Assembly: GCA_050250895.1 (NCBI GenBank)
Contig: JBFWNU010000001.1
Span: 1,640,008-1,704,007 of the forward strand
From: Vulcanimicrobiota bacterium
Lineage (GTDB): Bacteria; Vulcanimicrobiota; Xenobia; Xenobiales; JADMJV01
Direction: 5' to 3'
DNA: 64,000 nucleotides
Under the pieces are notes generated by a model, which saw only the letters and a program-made list of their open reading frames with translations, ran no database searches and had not been told where the DNA came from. Positions 10,145 to 20,804 of the stretch are shown piece by piece. The first letter of the stretch is position 1; each line of letters opens with the position of its first letter. The translations under genes were made by a program, and so were the position numbers.

Positions 10145-13100
10145 TTACGGCATTTCCAATAGGCCAACTCCCTGCCCGAAGTCGACTACCAATTCTGTCT
10201 TTGACCCGGCCAGCCCGCTGGCCATCAGTCCGGCATCGCGGGCGTCGAGGAGTGTAGCCTCGACTCGTTCACCATCAATCCGAACGATCAGGCCCCAGGG
10301 ATGGGCCAGGAAGTAGGGTCCGTTGGGCTGAGGTTCTAGCCGCTCGACGTGAGCCAGAGCGCGGGGTAAAGGGCGCTCGACCCATTGCTCGTTTTGTCGC
10401 CAAAACACTTTGGTGGGCTTGGGTTCTGGCGCCTCACCGTTGAGAAGGTCCAGGCTGGAGAAGTTCTCGTTCTGGTTGCAGGTCAGTTGGAGAATTCCAT
10501 CAACCACCGAGAGGGTCCCGGTCAGTCCCTCGGGGGTGTCGACTTTTGCGCTTCGACCACTTTTGAGGTCCAGTCGTCGCAATCCGTCGTCGAACCACCA
10601 GGCCTGATTGTCCACCAGGATTGGCTGGGACCAACCTTGATACTCTATTGGTTGAGGTGGAGCAGGTGGCGAGCCCGGCTGCCAAAAGCGAAGATTCGAC
10701 CCGCCGAGCCAGAAGCCCGATTTGTCCGGAAGACACCAGGCCAGTTCTTCGCTGCTTGCTCCCAACTCTTCCCCATGTTGCCAGTCGTCTTGTTCTGGAC
10801 GATAGCGCCAAAGTTGCTGAAACTCCGGTCCGTTGTGCATCACCCAGGCATCCTCTCCCAGGCAAAACCCTCTCGTGTCATCGTCTTCTCCGAGGAGAGG
10901 TAAATGGCGACCTCGGTGCCAGCCTGACTTCCAGAACCAGAAGCCGGTGTCGGTCAGGGCTGCCGGGTGGGGAGAGAAGAGAGTCAAGACGAATTCTCCA
11001 TCCAACGGGGCCAAGTTGGGTCGAGCCACCCGCCAGTGCCAATCCCGACTGCCTTCCAGAGCCTGCTGGCAGAGTTTGACGGCTTGCTTGTCCTGACCCT
11101 TCACCAGCAACTGCCGGATCCGCAAGGCTCGGTGGGATGGGTTGCTGCCGGCCAAACCGTCCGGCTGTTCTGGTTCGGCGAATTGGCTTAGATAGGCTGA
11201 GGTAACCCGAGCCCGGGCCAGCCGAGCCAACCTGTCGGTCTCGTCCGGCAGCGAAAGCAGTGGGCGATCACTTGTTTTGAGGTCTTCTCCCAGGCAGAGC
11301 CAGGCTGCGGCTCGATGGCGAGGGTCGTTTTCCTTAAGCCAGCGTTCAACCACCAGACGGGCCGCCTCAGGACGATGGTGAACGAGCGTCCATAGGGCCA
11401 CCCCAGCCACGGTGGGATGCTGAGCCGAGGTGAGGGACTCGACCGTGTTCAGCAGACCTGGCGACGGACTCCTCAGTCTTCGTAGGGCCAGACAGGCCGC
11501 TACCACCAGCGACGGGTTTTTATCGGTCAACCAGGCGCTCCAGGCCGGGTTGTCTCCCCAGTCGAGTCCTCTGAGCGCCTCGGAAAGATCGCCTGGCTTT
11601 TCGGCCCCGAGTCGTCGAGCCAGCGAGGGAAGATACTCCTCTGGGCCGAGTTCGCTTTCCCGAAAGTGCAGGCGCAGCAGATATTCCAGCTCAAAGGCTG
11701 AAGCTTGATGAACTAACGGCTCGATGGCCTGTCGTGAGGTCCAGGTGGCCAACGCCCCGGCCCGGTCTTGGCCTCGGACGTCGACCTCGACTACGGCGGC
11801 GCCTAGCTCGTCGTTGTCGTCGATGGAGATTGCGAAGACGCTCTCCAGAGCGGCTTCTCGAACGCTCACGTCGGGGTCGGCCAGGCCCGCCAACAGAGCG
11901 CGGTGGGCCGGCTCTTGGGGGCCTTGCCATTGGCTCAGTTGTAGGAAAAATTGGCGGCGAAATTCAGGATCGGGATCTTGCCACAGCGCGGGCAGGCGCG
12001 CTGCCAGACGGTCCCCACCCAGTCGGCAGAAAGCTGCCAGAATGGGGATTCGGTCCTGCTCTGAAGCGAGCGCTTCCTCTACCACCTCGGCTGCCCGGCC
12101 GTAATCGAGCGCCCCGGCCAGCTCGGCGGCCCTGGTCCGGTTCGCTGGCTCGGGGTCCTCTCGCATGACCGTCAGCAGAATTGGAAGCATCTCCAGGCTC
12201 GGTTCTTCCAGTTCGTTGAGCACCATCGTTCTCGCCAGGCAGTGGGGGCCGGCGAGGGTTTCTCTGATGCGCTCACGAGCCTGAGGATCAGGCAGCCGTG
12301 CTAGTGCGCTCAGGACCGCCGCCCGAGCATAGGCGGCGGGGTGGCGGCTGGCGACCAGCAGAGCCTGAAGGTTCTCCGAATCGGCCAAAAAATGGGCCAC
12401 GCTGGCTACCACCTCGGGATCGGGGTCTGCGAGGGAACTCTCTATGGACTCTTCGAGCACTTCTTGCTGGGCCACTCGGGCGGCCCAGGCCCGCAGCTCA
12501 GGGTCGGAGTGCCGTAACAGTTCAGCCGCCTTCTGGCGGGCCTCAGGACGGTCCATCTGAGCAATTTGGCAGGCTGCCAGGTTTCGCAAACTGGCTCGTG
12601 GACTGGCCAACCACATAGACAGACCCTCAACGCCTCCCTGGTTAAGCCTGGCCAGAGCGGTAGCCGCCCGCGAGGCCTGTTTCCCACCTTCGAAACCTCG
12701 CGTCGCCAGCGCCGGGCCGAGGGTCAGGCTGGTTACCTCGCTCCCCGCTCTCCAGGCTTCGGCTCGCACCGAGTAGTCGTCATCCATCGAGAGAGTAGCC
12801 AGAGCCTCCATCGCGGCTGGGGCTGAAAGCGCCCCCAAAGCCCGCGCGGCTGCGACGCGGCTGGTGGTCGAGGTAGAGGCGGCAAGCTCCAACAGCTCTG
12901 AAAGGCTATCCTCAGGAGCCACCCGGGCCAGGGCCCAGGCGAGGGCCGATAGGGTTTTGGGGTCACTCGGCAGCTTCTTCTCCCTTTGAAACCTCCGTCG
13001 TATCGGACCGCTCGCCTCAGCGGCACGTAAAATCCCCAGGGCCTCGATGGCAATCCTCCCGGAATCGGGAGAGTCAATCTGGGCCAGCAAATCTCCCACC

Positions 13101-15049
13101 GCGACCAGTTGCAGCGAGGACAGGGCCGCGTTTGCCTGCTCCTGGGCCTCGGCCAGACTGTTGCCCGGTCCCATGTACATCAACACGAGAGCCTCCTGGT
13201 CCCGCAGCACCAGAGCGGCCACGCCACATACCGGATCCTGATTGACGTGTCCTTCGAAGGTCAACTTCCTGGCCGGTGTGCCGGCCAATTCCAGGTCCTC
13301 AACCTCTACTTGCTTGTAGCCCCGAACGATGTTGGCCAGTTGGACTTCAGAGGCGCGTTGGTAATCATCCAGGCTTACCTTCATCGGCAGACTTTCGGCC
13401 ACGGCCACGGCTGTTCCGTGCGGGCCTATCATCGCGTAGAGGACGACCGGGTTGCGCTCGGCCAGATAGGAAGAGAAGGACCATTGGGCGGAGGGAAGGC
13501 GAGCGATCAACCCACGGCCCGGATCAACAAAGACTCCGCCTTCGACTCGTGGCCGAGCGGGGTCGCGGTGACCGTCCCCCAGTTCTTGCTCGGCTATTCG
13601 GGCCGAGAGCACACGCGCTTGCAAACCCGTAGGAATCGAGACCTGAGCGAGTTCTGACGCGGCTTGAGCCTCGGCCAGCTTGAGGTAGGTCGAAGGCAGG
13701 CCCACCGAGCCCACGGAGGGATCCACTGGCACCCAACCGTCGCCCAGCCAGACTTCACTCCACTGATGCCAGACCAGATGCTCGATGCCGTCGAAAGCCA
13801 GGCCCACACAAATGCGGGTGGGGATGCCACTCGACCTGGCCAGGGCGGCAAAGAGCAGGGAGTGCTCGGTACAGTCTCCTTCTCGACTGCGCAGGGTCTC
13901 CTCAGCCGAAGCGTAATGGACGCGATAGCCTTTTTGCTGAATGTTCTCGAAAACCCAACGGGCCAACTTCTCGCTGGCGGCCCGGGCCGAGGTCTCGGAA
14001 CCCACCACCTCTCTGGCGGTGGCTCCGATTTCGGGGGCCGTGGACTGGATGAAGGTGGTTGGCTCGAGGTAGGGTGATAACTCGGGAGCCAGCGGTTGGT
14101 CCAGGCTCTGGTCGCCCTGGGAATTGTCCGAGCGAGTCAGTCTGACACGCAGAGCGTGACCGGTCTTTTGGAACGACTGGTAGGGGCCATCGGGGAACTC
14201 AGGCAGACCGCCCTCCATCGTCAGGGACAAGGTTAATTCGTCGAGTTCACGAGCCCGTGGAATGCCTCCATCCACCGGGACCGACATCAGCCGAAGGACA
14301 TCCCCCGCCGTATCCATGGTCAGGGCTTGCTCGCGATCGCAACGCTCGAAGCGCATACCAACGTCTTCCATGAGCATTCGGACGAGATGGCCGTCGAGAT
14401 CAAGCCACATTGAGACCGTCCGACTTCCACGCACCAAATCCACCACGGCGACCTCGCGCGACTCGCCCTGAATGCTCGCCAAGCGACGGGCGACCACCTC
14501 GCAATGGCCCGCGCGCTCCAGGCCTTCCTCGTGATCGTATTCTAGATAGTCTTCTCGATCACCGACTCTGTACCCGCGTTCTTCCAGGGCGAGCAGCGCC
14601 AATTCACTGTCGGCATTCGAGTTCTTTCGTTGATAGCTGCGACGCTTGCTGGGGCCGGTTTCTCTGCCCTGACTGTCGACCAGTCGCACGACTTCGTGTA
14701 CGGTGTCTCCCAGGAAGCGTTGCTCGGTAATCAATATCTCTCCGTCGGACTCTTGCTGACGCTCCTCGCGAAACAGCGGAGTGCCGTTCTCGCCGTCTAG
14801 CAGAACCAGGGTGGTCTGCTTGCGTGAGGTTTGGTCGGTGCCTCGTTGTAGCAGCGTCTCTGCCTCACTATAGCGTCGAAACACTTGACGTCCCTCAAAA
14901 CTCGTCTCGCTACGCTCCTCCTGAATTCTGAGGTAGCCTACCTTACGTGAGAAAAGATAGATTTCGAACCAGGTGTCGCTGGGCGGAGCAGCGTTTGCCG
15001 CCGAACACACGATGAGAAGGCAGAGCGCGAGCTGGACAAGGCGAGTCAT
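10145..15049 (-). CDS. secreted transglutaminase-like protein with HEAT repeats and C-terminal beta-rich domain (1634 aa)
   Basis: Signal peptide; GDCTEHSLLFAALARSSGIPTR...HQWSEVW...WVPVDP (Cys-His-Asp triad); many HEAT-like repeats (LADPDPEV, DPDVSVREAA). Confidence 0.8.
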   Translation of the reverse strand: MTRLVQLALCLLIVCSAANAAPPSDTWFEIYLFSRKVGYLRIQEERSETSFEGRQVFRRYSEAETLLQRGTDQTSRKQTTLVLLDGENGTPLFREERQQESDGEILITEQRFLGDTVHEVVRLVDSQGRETGPSKRRSYQRKNSNADSELALLALEERGYRVGDREDYLEYDHEEGLERAGHCEVVARRLASIQGESREVAVVDLVRGSRTVSMWLDLDGHLVRMLMEDVGMRFERCDREQALTMDTAGDVLRLMSVPVDGGIPRARELDELTLSLTMEGGLPEFPDGPYQSFQKTGHALRVRLTRSDNSQGDQSLDQPLAPELSPYLEPTTFIQSTAPEIGATAREVVGSETSARAASEKLARWVFENIQQKGYRVHYASAEETLRSREGDCTEHSLLFAALARSSGIPTRICVGLAFDGIEHLVWHQWSEVWLGDGWVPVDPSVGSVGLPSTYLKLAEAQAASELAQVSIPTGLQARVLSARIAEQELGDGHRDPARPRVEGGVFVDPGRGLIARLPSAQWSFSSYLAERNPVVLYAMIGPHGTAVAVAESLPMKVSLDDYQRASEVQLANIVRGYKQVEVEDLELAGTPARKLTFEGHVNQDPVCGVAALVLRDQEALVLMYMGPGNSLAEAQEQANAALSSLQLVAVGDLLAQIDSPDSGRIAIEALGILRAAEASGPIRRRFQREKKLPSDPKTLSALAWALARVAPEDSLSELLELAASTSTTSRVAAARALGALSAPAAMEALATLSMDDDYSVRAEAWRAGSEVTSLTLGPALATRGFEGGKQASRAATALARLNQGGVEGLSMWLASPRASLRNLAACQIAQMDRPEARQKAAELLRHSDPELRAWAARVAQQEVLEESIESSLADPDPEVVASVAHFLADSENLQALLVASRHPAAYARAAVLSALARLPDPQARERIRETLAGPHCLARTMVLNELEEPSLEMLPILLTVMREDPEPANRTRAAELAGALDYGRAAEVVEEALASEQDRIPILAAFCRLGGDRLAARLPALWQDPDPEFRRQFFLQLSQWQGPQEPAHRALLAGLADPDVSVREAALESVFAISIDDNDELGAAVVEVDVRGQDRAGALATWTSRQAIEPLVHQASAFELEYLLRLHFRESELGPEEYLPSLARRLGAEKPGDLSEALRGLDWGDNPAWSAWLTDKNPSLVVAACLALRRLRSPSPGLLNTVESLTSAQHPTVAGVALWTLVHHRPEAARLVVERWLKENDPRHRAAAWLCLGEDLKTSDRPLLSLPDETDRLARLARARVTSAYLSQFAEPEQPDGLAGSNPSHRALRIRQLLVKGQDKQAVKLCQQALEGSRDWHWRVARPNLAPLDGEFVLTLFSPHPAALTDTGFWFWKSGWHRGRHLPLLGEDDDTRGFCLGEDAWVMHNGPEFQQLWRYRPEQDDWQHGEELGASSEELAWCLPDKSGFWLGGSNLRFWQPGSPPAPPQPIEYQGWSQPILVDNQAWWFDDGLRRLDLKSGRSAKVDTPEGLTGTLSVVDGILQLTCNQNENFSSLDLLNGEAPEPKPTKVFWRQNEQWVERPLPRALAHVERLEPQPNGPYFLAHPWGLIVRIDGERVEATLLDARDAGLMASGLAGSKTELVVDFGQGVGLLEMP

Positions 15050-15164
15050 GGCGATAGTTTCGCATGGGATTTAGAGGTATCCTTTCGTCTTTAGTGCCTG
15101 GCTGAAGGGTAAGTCAGGTTCTTCCTGAGGGAGTCGGTCGTTAAGGCGTAGAATTGCCGCTCCG

Positions 15165-16280
15165 ATGGAGCAGTTGGATGTCAATGCCTACTACGCCCTG
15201 GGCATACCGGCCTATTTTCTGCTGATCGCCTGGGAGGTCTGGGCCACCCGTCGCCAGGGCCTGAAGGTCTACGGTTTTGCCGACACGATCTGCAACATCA
15301 GCGGCGGCATGGGCGAGATTATGATCGGGTTCTTCATCGGCCCCTACCTCTTCTGGCTCTACGCCTGGGCCTATGACCACTTCGCCCTGATCCGTTGGCC
15401 CGACCACTCCTGGGTGCCGTGGGCGCTGGCCCTCTTCGGAGGCGACTTCTGCTATTACCTCTACCATCGCGCCGGCCACGCCGTGGCCTGTCTGTGGGCT
15501 ATCCACGGAGTCCATCATCAGGCCGAAGAGATGAACGTGACGGTGGCCATGCGCCACCCCTGGTTTTCGGACCTCTACTCGGTCTTCTTCTACGCTCCCC
15601 TCCCCTTGCTGGGCATCCCGCCGCTGCACTTTTTCGTCTGCATCGCCATCATCTCGTTCTATGCCCTGTTGGTCCACTCGAGGGTGTTCCATCGCCCCGG
15701 CTTCTATCTGCTGGTGACTCCCGCCACCCATATCGTCCATCACGCCACCAACCCGCGTTATCTCGGCAAGAACCTGGGCGCCATGTTCACCATCTGGGAC
15801 CGACTTTTTGGCACTCACGTCGAACTCGACCCCGACGACCCGCCGGTGCTGGGCACTCGGCGCGGCTACGAGACCCACAGCGGCGCTCGGTCGCAGTGGA
15901 TCTTCTTTCGTGATCTCCTGGCGGCGGCCCGCCAGGCCGACAACTGGAGAGACCGCTTCTGGGTGTTCTTTGGCCATCCAGGCTGGTTGCCCCCCGGGGC
16001 CTCGCTGCCAGCCACCCATCCGCCTCCGGCCGACCGCGAGATAGGCTGGCTGACCAAGAGCTATGTCATGCTGCAGTATGTTCCGATGGCTCTGTTTTCG
16101 TTGATGATCGTGGCTCAGCGCGAGCTGTTTAGCGCCGGTCTGGTAGCGGTCGTGGCCGTCTTCTACTTCTGGGGATTGGCTACTCTGGGTGGCATGCTCG
16201 ACGGCAGTCGCCCGGCCCGGCGCTGGGAGGCGGCCAGGCTGGTCACCGGCGCCCTGGTCGTCTGTTTTTGGATCGCTTGA
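15165..16280 (+). CDS. sterol desaturase / alkylglycerol-monooxygenase-like membrane di-iron enzyme
   Basis: His boxes HRAGH, HGVHH, HIVHH; KNLGAMFTIWDRLFGT. Confidence 0.88.
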   Translation: MEQLDVNAYYALGIPAYFLLIAWEVWATRRQGLKVYGFADTICNISGGMGEIMIGFFIGPYLFWLYAWAYDHFALIRWPDHSWVPWALALFGGDFCYYLYHRAGHAVACLWAIHGVHHQAEEMNVTVAMRHPWFSDLYSVFFYAPLPLLGIPPLHFFVCIAIISFYALLVHSRVFHRPGFYLLVTPATHIVHHATNPRYLGKNLGAMFTIWDRLFGTHVELDPDDPPVLGTRRGYETHSGARSQWIFFRDLLAAARQADNWRDRFWVFFGHPGWLPPGASLPATHPPPADREIGWLTKSYVMLQYVPMALFSLMIVAQRELFSAGLVAVVAVFYFWGLATLGGMLDGSRPARRWEAARLVTGALVVCFWIA

Positions 16281-17005
16281 TGAGCGAGGTGGTGGGGGTC
16301 GAGAATCTCAGCGTCGACTTCGGGCGCGGACCGGTTCTCGATCAGGTCTCGTTTAGCCTCACGGGCCCCGGCTTCGTGGGGATTCTAGGTCCCAACGGGG
16401 CCGGCAAGACCACCCTTTTGAGTGTGCTCGAAGGCCTGCAGCGGCCCTCGGGCGGAGTGGTTCGGCTCTTTGGCCAGAATTTGGCCGGGGTCGCCTATCC
16501 CCGCCATCGCACCGGGGTGGTGCTGCAAAAAGAATGCGCCTTCGAGGGCATTCGTGTCGGTGAGTATGCCGAGCTGTTTGCAGCCCTGTATGGGGTTGAG
16601 CGCGGACAAGAGCGGATCTTGGCCGAGGCCGAACTCGCTCACCGGGACACTTTGCCGCTGGCGCGCCTTTCGGGCGGCGAGGCCCAGCGACTGTTTCTGG
16701 CCGCCGCCACGGTCCACCAACCGGAGCTGGTCTTTCTTGACGAGCCGACCGCTCACCTCGACCCCGATAGCCGGCGCGAGGCGGGTCGTCGGCTGCGAAG
16801 CCTGGCCGAAAGTCGCACGGTGGTGATGACCACTCACGACTTGCGCGAGGCTCAGGAGCTTTTCGACCAGGCGATCTTTCTCGTCGAGGGCAGGGTCCGG
16901 GCTCAGGGCACGGTCGAGAGTCTACGCCATGGCTTTGAAACCCTGGAAGAGGCGTTCATCGCTCGCTGCAGCGTGCGCATCGGCCCTCGAGGCGACCAGC
17001 ATTGA
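16280..17005 (+). CDS. ABC exporter ATP-binding protein
   Basis: Walker A GPNGAGKTT, LSGGE signature, Walker B VFLDEPT, TTH. Confidence 0.93.
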   Translation: MSEVVGVENLSVDFGRGPVLDQVSFSLTGPGFVGILGPNGAGKTTLLSVLEGLQRPSGGVVRLFGQNLAGVAYPRHRTGVVLQKECAFEGIRVGEYAELFAALYGVERGQERILAEAELAHRDTLPLARLSGGEAQRLFLAAATVHQPELVFLDEPTAHLDPDSRREAGRRLRSLAESRTVVMTTHDLREAQELFDQAIFLVEGRVRAQGTVESLRHGFETLEEAFIARCSVRIGPRGDQH

Positions 17006-17988
17006 GAGCCTTCTGGCTATTGACCCGCCTGCGCATGGCCGAGATCGTGCGCGTGCCCAGCACCATGGTTTTCTTTTTCGTGATGCCCGCGGTCATGCTG
17101 CTGGTCACGGCCGCGCTCTTTGCGGGCGGCCAACCCTATTCGCTCTGCCGGGTCGGGTTGGTGGGTGACACCGGCGGCCCCTGGGCTCTGGCCTCAGAGA
17201 TTCGCTGGTCGAACGAGAACCTCGAGCAAGGCCTGGCTCGGCTAAGAACCTCCCAGCTCAATGCCCTGATCACGCGGGACGGCGGCGGTCTGGTGGTGTT
17301 GGTCGGCCCCCGCCAACGCTTGCTGGGCGACGGTTTGGCCGCCGCCCTGCCCAAACCCGCTCGGGTCGAGGTGGTAACCGTGCCAGGGGCCAGTTTCGTC
17401 TACTACCTTTGCCCGGGAATCCTGGCTTTGGCCGTAATTCTCAGCGGGCTCTTCGGGCTCGGCCATAGCCTGGCCCGCTACCGGCAGAGCCACTTCTTGC
17501 GCAAGCTGGCCACCACGCCCCTGTCGAAGTGGACCTTCATCGCCTCGCAGCTCTGTGGGCGCGGCCTGTTGGTGCTGTTGCAAGGCGGGTTGTTGCTGCT
17601 CCTCATGGCACTGCTCGGGCTTCCCCTGAGTCTGGTGCAAGTCGTCGAAGCGATGCTGATTTGCTCGCTAGGCTTGCTGGTCTTCCTGGGGCTGGGGTTC
17701 GTGTTGGCCTGCTTCGTGCGCAATGAAGGGGTGTTGGCTGACGCCATCAACGCGCTGGGTTGGCCTCTGGTGCTGGGGTCCGAGATCTTCTTCCCCAGCG
17801 ATGTGTTGCCGGGTCCTTTGCCGGTCCTGGCCGGCTGGTTGCCGTCCACCGAGCTGGTACGATTGTTGCGGGGTGTACTGCTCGGTGGCCCGGGCGAGCG
17901 GCTGGTAGGGATGGGCGAGTTGGCCCTGTGGGCGGTGCTCGCCTTTGCCCTGGGCGGTCTGCTCTTCGATTGGACTCGGCTGGATTAG
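17002..17988 (+). CDS. ABC-2 type permease
   Basis: Multiple TM helices; LRKLATTPLS and SEIFFP motifs; coupled to the ATPase. Confidence 0.88.
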   Translation: MRAFWLLTRLRMAEIVRVPSTMVFFFVMPAVMLLVTAALFAGGQPYSLCRVGLVGDTGGPWALASEIRWSNENLEQGLARLRTSQLNALITRDGGGLVVLVGPRQRLLGDGLAAALPKPARVEVVTVPGASFVYYLCPGILALAVILSGLFGLGHSLARYRQSHFLRKLATTPLSKWTFIASQLCGRGLLVLLQGGLLLLLMALLGLPLSLVQVVEAMLICSLGLLVFLGLGFVLACFVRNEGVLADAINALGWPLVLGSEIFFPSDVLPGPLPVLAGWLPSTELVRLLRGVLLGGPGERLVGMGELALWAVLAFALGGLLFDWTRLD

Positions 17989-18995
17989 GTGGTTCTCAGC
18001 CGGGTGGCCAGGTCTCGCCAACCGGTTAGACGGCCCCGTTGACCGAGGGCCTGAGCCATGCCTCGGCAGGCGGTCCAACATTGCTGGCAACCCTCGATCG
18101 GTTGGCGGTCGGCGACCATCCGGGCGTGTATCACGCCAAGCGCCTCGTCTTTGACGTTGCCATAGACGGTGTCGATCCGTTCGATGCAGGCGGCCACATT
18201 GCCGACGTGGTCGATGTTGAAGGACTGCACCCCGGCCCGACAGGTTGGCAGCTCGCCGTCCCCGAGAAAGGCGTGCATGTCGCGAAAGTAGTCGCCGAAG
18301 TAGCGCAGGTGAGGGTAGCGGCGCCACCACTTCAAGAGCGCCTCGGCGGCTTCGGGACCGGGCAACTGGTCGAGTTGCGAGCGCCCGCGTCGAAAGCCCC
18401 CGGTCGATAGCAGCGTGAACTGATGGCCCACGCCATGGGCGTGGCTGAGCTCGAGCAAAGCCTCGAGATCGCGCCAATTGTCTTCCATCACCACGCTCAT
18501 CACGGCCACCTGTTTGCCGCCGCGGGGGGCGGCGGCTCGTAGCCGGTCGACGGCTTGCCAGGCCCTTTCGAAGGCCCCGGGCAAGCAGCGTTTGGCGTCG
18601 TGACGCTCCGGGTCGGGATAGTCGATCGAGATGCAGCAGGTACCCAGCCCTGCCTCGAACAGGGCCCTGGCATTTTCGGCCGTAACATACCAGCCGTTGG
18701 TGAAGAGAGTCGGGATGTGCTGGTCCGAGAAGGCGCCGACGATCTCGACTAAGTCCTGGCGTACGAACGGCTCGCCGCCTTCGATCGAGATCAGAAAGTT
18801 GCCCAGTTGACCGAGTTCGCTGGCCAGGCGCCGGTAGTGGTCGAGAGACAACTCGTGGTCGCGGTCGGTGTTGGGCCAGAAATCGCAAAAGCTGCATTTC
18901 ATGTTGCAGCGGTTGGTGACCTGGAGAAGGCAGTTGAAGGGCCGGTTGAAAAGCACCCCCAGGGCAAAGCGCAGATCGCGAAGCCAGTCCTGCAT
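17985..18995 (-). CDS. radical SAM protein with SPASM/Twitch domain
   Basis: CNMKCSFC, GGEP, TNG; C-terminal CRAG...GNVAAC...CQQCWTAC. Confidence 0.92.
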   Translation of the reverse strand: MQDWLRDLRFALGVLFNRPFNCLLQVTNRCNMKCSFCDFWPNTDRDHELSLDHYRRLASELGQLGNFLISIEGGEPFVRQDLVEIVGAFSDQHIPTLFTNGWYVTAENARALFEAGLGTCCISIDYPDPERHDAKRCLPGAFERAWQAVDRLRAAAPRGGKQVAVMSVVMEDNWRDLEALLELSHAHGVGHQFTLLSTGGFRRGRSQLDQLPGPEAAEALLKWWRRYPHLRYFGDYFRDMHAFLGDGELPTCRAGVQSFNIDHVGNVAACIERIDTVYGNVKDEALGVIHARMVADRQPIEGCQQCWTACRGMAQALGQRGRLTGWRDLATRLRTT

Positions 18996-19087
18996 CGGGG
19001 CGTCTTCCTCGGCGGGAGACGAAAGCCATCCTAGATTGATAAAAGACGAGCCAGAGGCCCTTTGCTGGCTAGCAAGAAAGGCAAGGT

Positions 19088-20260
19088 ATGCGCTTGTTTG
19101 TCGCTTGCTGGGCCCTGCTCCTCCTGAGCCTGCCGGCCCTGGGCGAGCCCGGCTTCTGGGACCAGCCGCGCCGCGGTGCCAACGGCTTTCTCACGCATCC
19201 CACCGAAGAGTGGTTTGCCCAGGCCCACCAGGCGGGGCTGGAGTGGGTGCGCTTGAGCCCGGCCAACTGGCCGGCCGCCGAGCGCGACTTTCTGGTGGGC
19301 GATGCCGATCATTATCAAGGCATTCCTAAGGCCGACCTGGCTTTGCTCAAAGAGGTGCTGGGGTGGGCCGAGCAACACCACGTGAAAGTGGTCCTGACCC
19401 AATTGACCCTGCCCGGGGCTCGCTACCGCCAGCACAACGGCAATCGCTATGACGACCGCATTTGGCAAGATGCCGAGTTCCGCCGTCAGGCGGCCGCCTT
19501 CTGGCGCGACCTGGCCCGTGAGCTGCACGGCAATCCGGCCATTGTTGCCTATAACCTGCTCAACGAGCCCGCCCCGGAACTGGGCACCGGACTGCCCGAA
19601 TATGGAACCACTCCCGACGACCAGCGTCACTGGTATGCCCAGCATCGAGGCACGGGGCGTGACCTGCCAGCCTTTTACAACCAGGTCATCGCGGCCATTC
19701 GCGAGGTCGACCCCGACACCCCGATCATGCTCGATGCCGGTTGGTATTCCCAGCCGATGGCGTTCACCGCCTGGCCCTCCTTCGAAGACGACAATCTGCT
19801 CTACGACTTTCATAGCTACGAGCCGTCAGAGTTCGTCAGTCGCCTCAACTTTCGCGAGCATCGAGGCTATGTCTATCCCGGTCGCATTCCCTATGCGGGC
19901 CGTGAGATGCAATGGGACAAGGCCACCCTGCGGGGCCACCTGCAGCCGTTTTTCGACTGGGCCAAACAGCGGTCGATCCCCACGAGCCGCCTGGTGGCCG
20001 GCGAGTTCGGCTGCTTTCGCCGCAATCCAGGCTGTGCTCAGTACCTGGCCGACTCCATCGACATCTTCGAAGAACACGGGATTCACTGGGCCTTCTACGG
20101 TTTTCGCGAAGACGGCTGGGAGGGTATGGACTATGAGGTCGGCCCCGGGCCGCTCGGCCCGGGGTATTGGGAGGCCGTCGAGGCTGGTCAGCGACCGCCG
20201 CTGGAGCGCGGTCCTAATCCGCTCTGGAACGCCATCCAGGCGCGGCTTCCGCGGAGGTAG
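19088..20260 (+). CDS. secreted glycoside hydrolase family 5
   Basis: Signal peptide; YNLLNEP acid/base, FHSYEP, VAGEFG nucleophile, HWAFY. Confidence 0.9.
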   Translation: MRLFVACWALLLLSLPALGEPGFWDQPRRGANGFLTHPTEEWFAQAHQAGLEWVRLSPANWPAAERDFLVGDADHYQGIPKADLALLKEVLGWAEQHHVKVVLTQLTLPGARYRQHNGNRYDDRIWQDAEFRRQAAAFWRDLARELHGNPAIVAYNLLNEPAPELGTGLPEYGTTPDDQRHWYAQHRGTGRDLPAFYNQVIAAIREVDPDTPIMLDAGWYSQPMAFTAWPSFEDDNLLYDFHSYEPSEFVSRLNFREHRGYVYPGRIPYAGREMQWDKATLRGHLQPFFDWAKQRSIPTSRLVAGEFGCFRRNPGCAQYLADSIDIFEEHGIHWAFYGFREDGWEGMDYEVGPGPLGPGYWEAVEAGQRPPLERGPNPLWNAIQARLPRR

Positions 20261-20262
20261 AG

Positions 20263-20722
20263 TTGGGTGCGATTACCTTCGCCTTGGACCTGGATCTTCA
20301 TCGCTTTCAGGCGATAGCCTCGGCCTTTCGTGCTCGCGTGGGGCCGCCTTTCGGGGACTGTCAGTTGCTAGGGATGGACCTGGGCGTGCGCGAGAAGTGG
20401 TTGCTTGAAGTCGTGCCGCGCCTGGATGGCGCCTGCCTCTCGCCAGAGTGCCGGATTCGCTCGCAAGCGGGGAGCGGCTCTCGGCCACGGTGGAGGCGGG
20501 TCGGGCGAGGGATTGCTGGGTTGGCTCGATGGCCAGGAGACGAGCGCCCTGGTGGCTCTTCTTGAGGCCTACCCTCTGGCTGGACCGATTCCACCGACGC
20601 TAGGCGACTTAGACCCCTTTCTTGCCCAGGAATATCTGCCGGACCTTCGGGCCGTGATGGTTCGGTTGCGCGATTTCGCCGCTGCGACCCGGGGTCGGGG
20701 ACTGATCCTCAGGCGTCAGTAG
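20263..20722 (+). pseudogene. hypothetical gene apparently split by a frameshift
   Basis: ORF 20263-20565 looks protein-like only in its 5' part and overlapping ORF 20405-20722 only in its 3' part. Confidence 0.3.
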
Positions 20723-20747
20723 TTCCTCTACGGTTACTTTTTTTGGG

Positions 20748-20776
20748 TTGACATTTTACCGAACGTTCGGTAAAAT
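20748..20776 (+). promoter_or_regulatory. sigma70 promoter overlapped by a perfect 24-bp palindrome (probable TetR operator)
   Basis: TTGACA (20748)-17 nt-TAAAAT (20771); ATTTTACCGAACGTTCGGTAAAAT (20753-20776) is self-complementary. Confidence 0.85.
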
Positions 20777-20804
20777 ACAGAAACCAACAATAAGGAGCCT
20801 TCCA

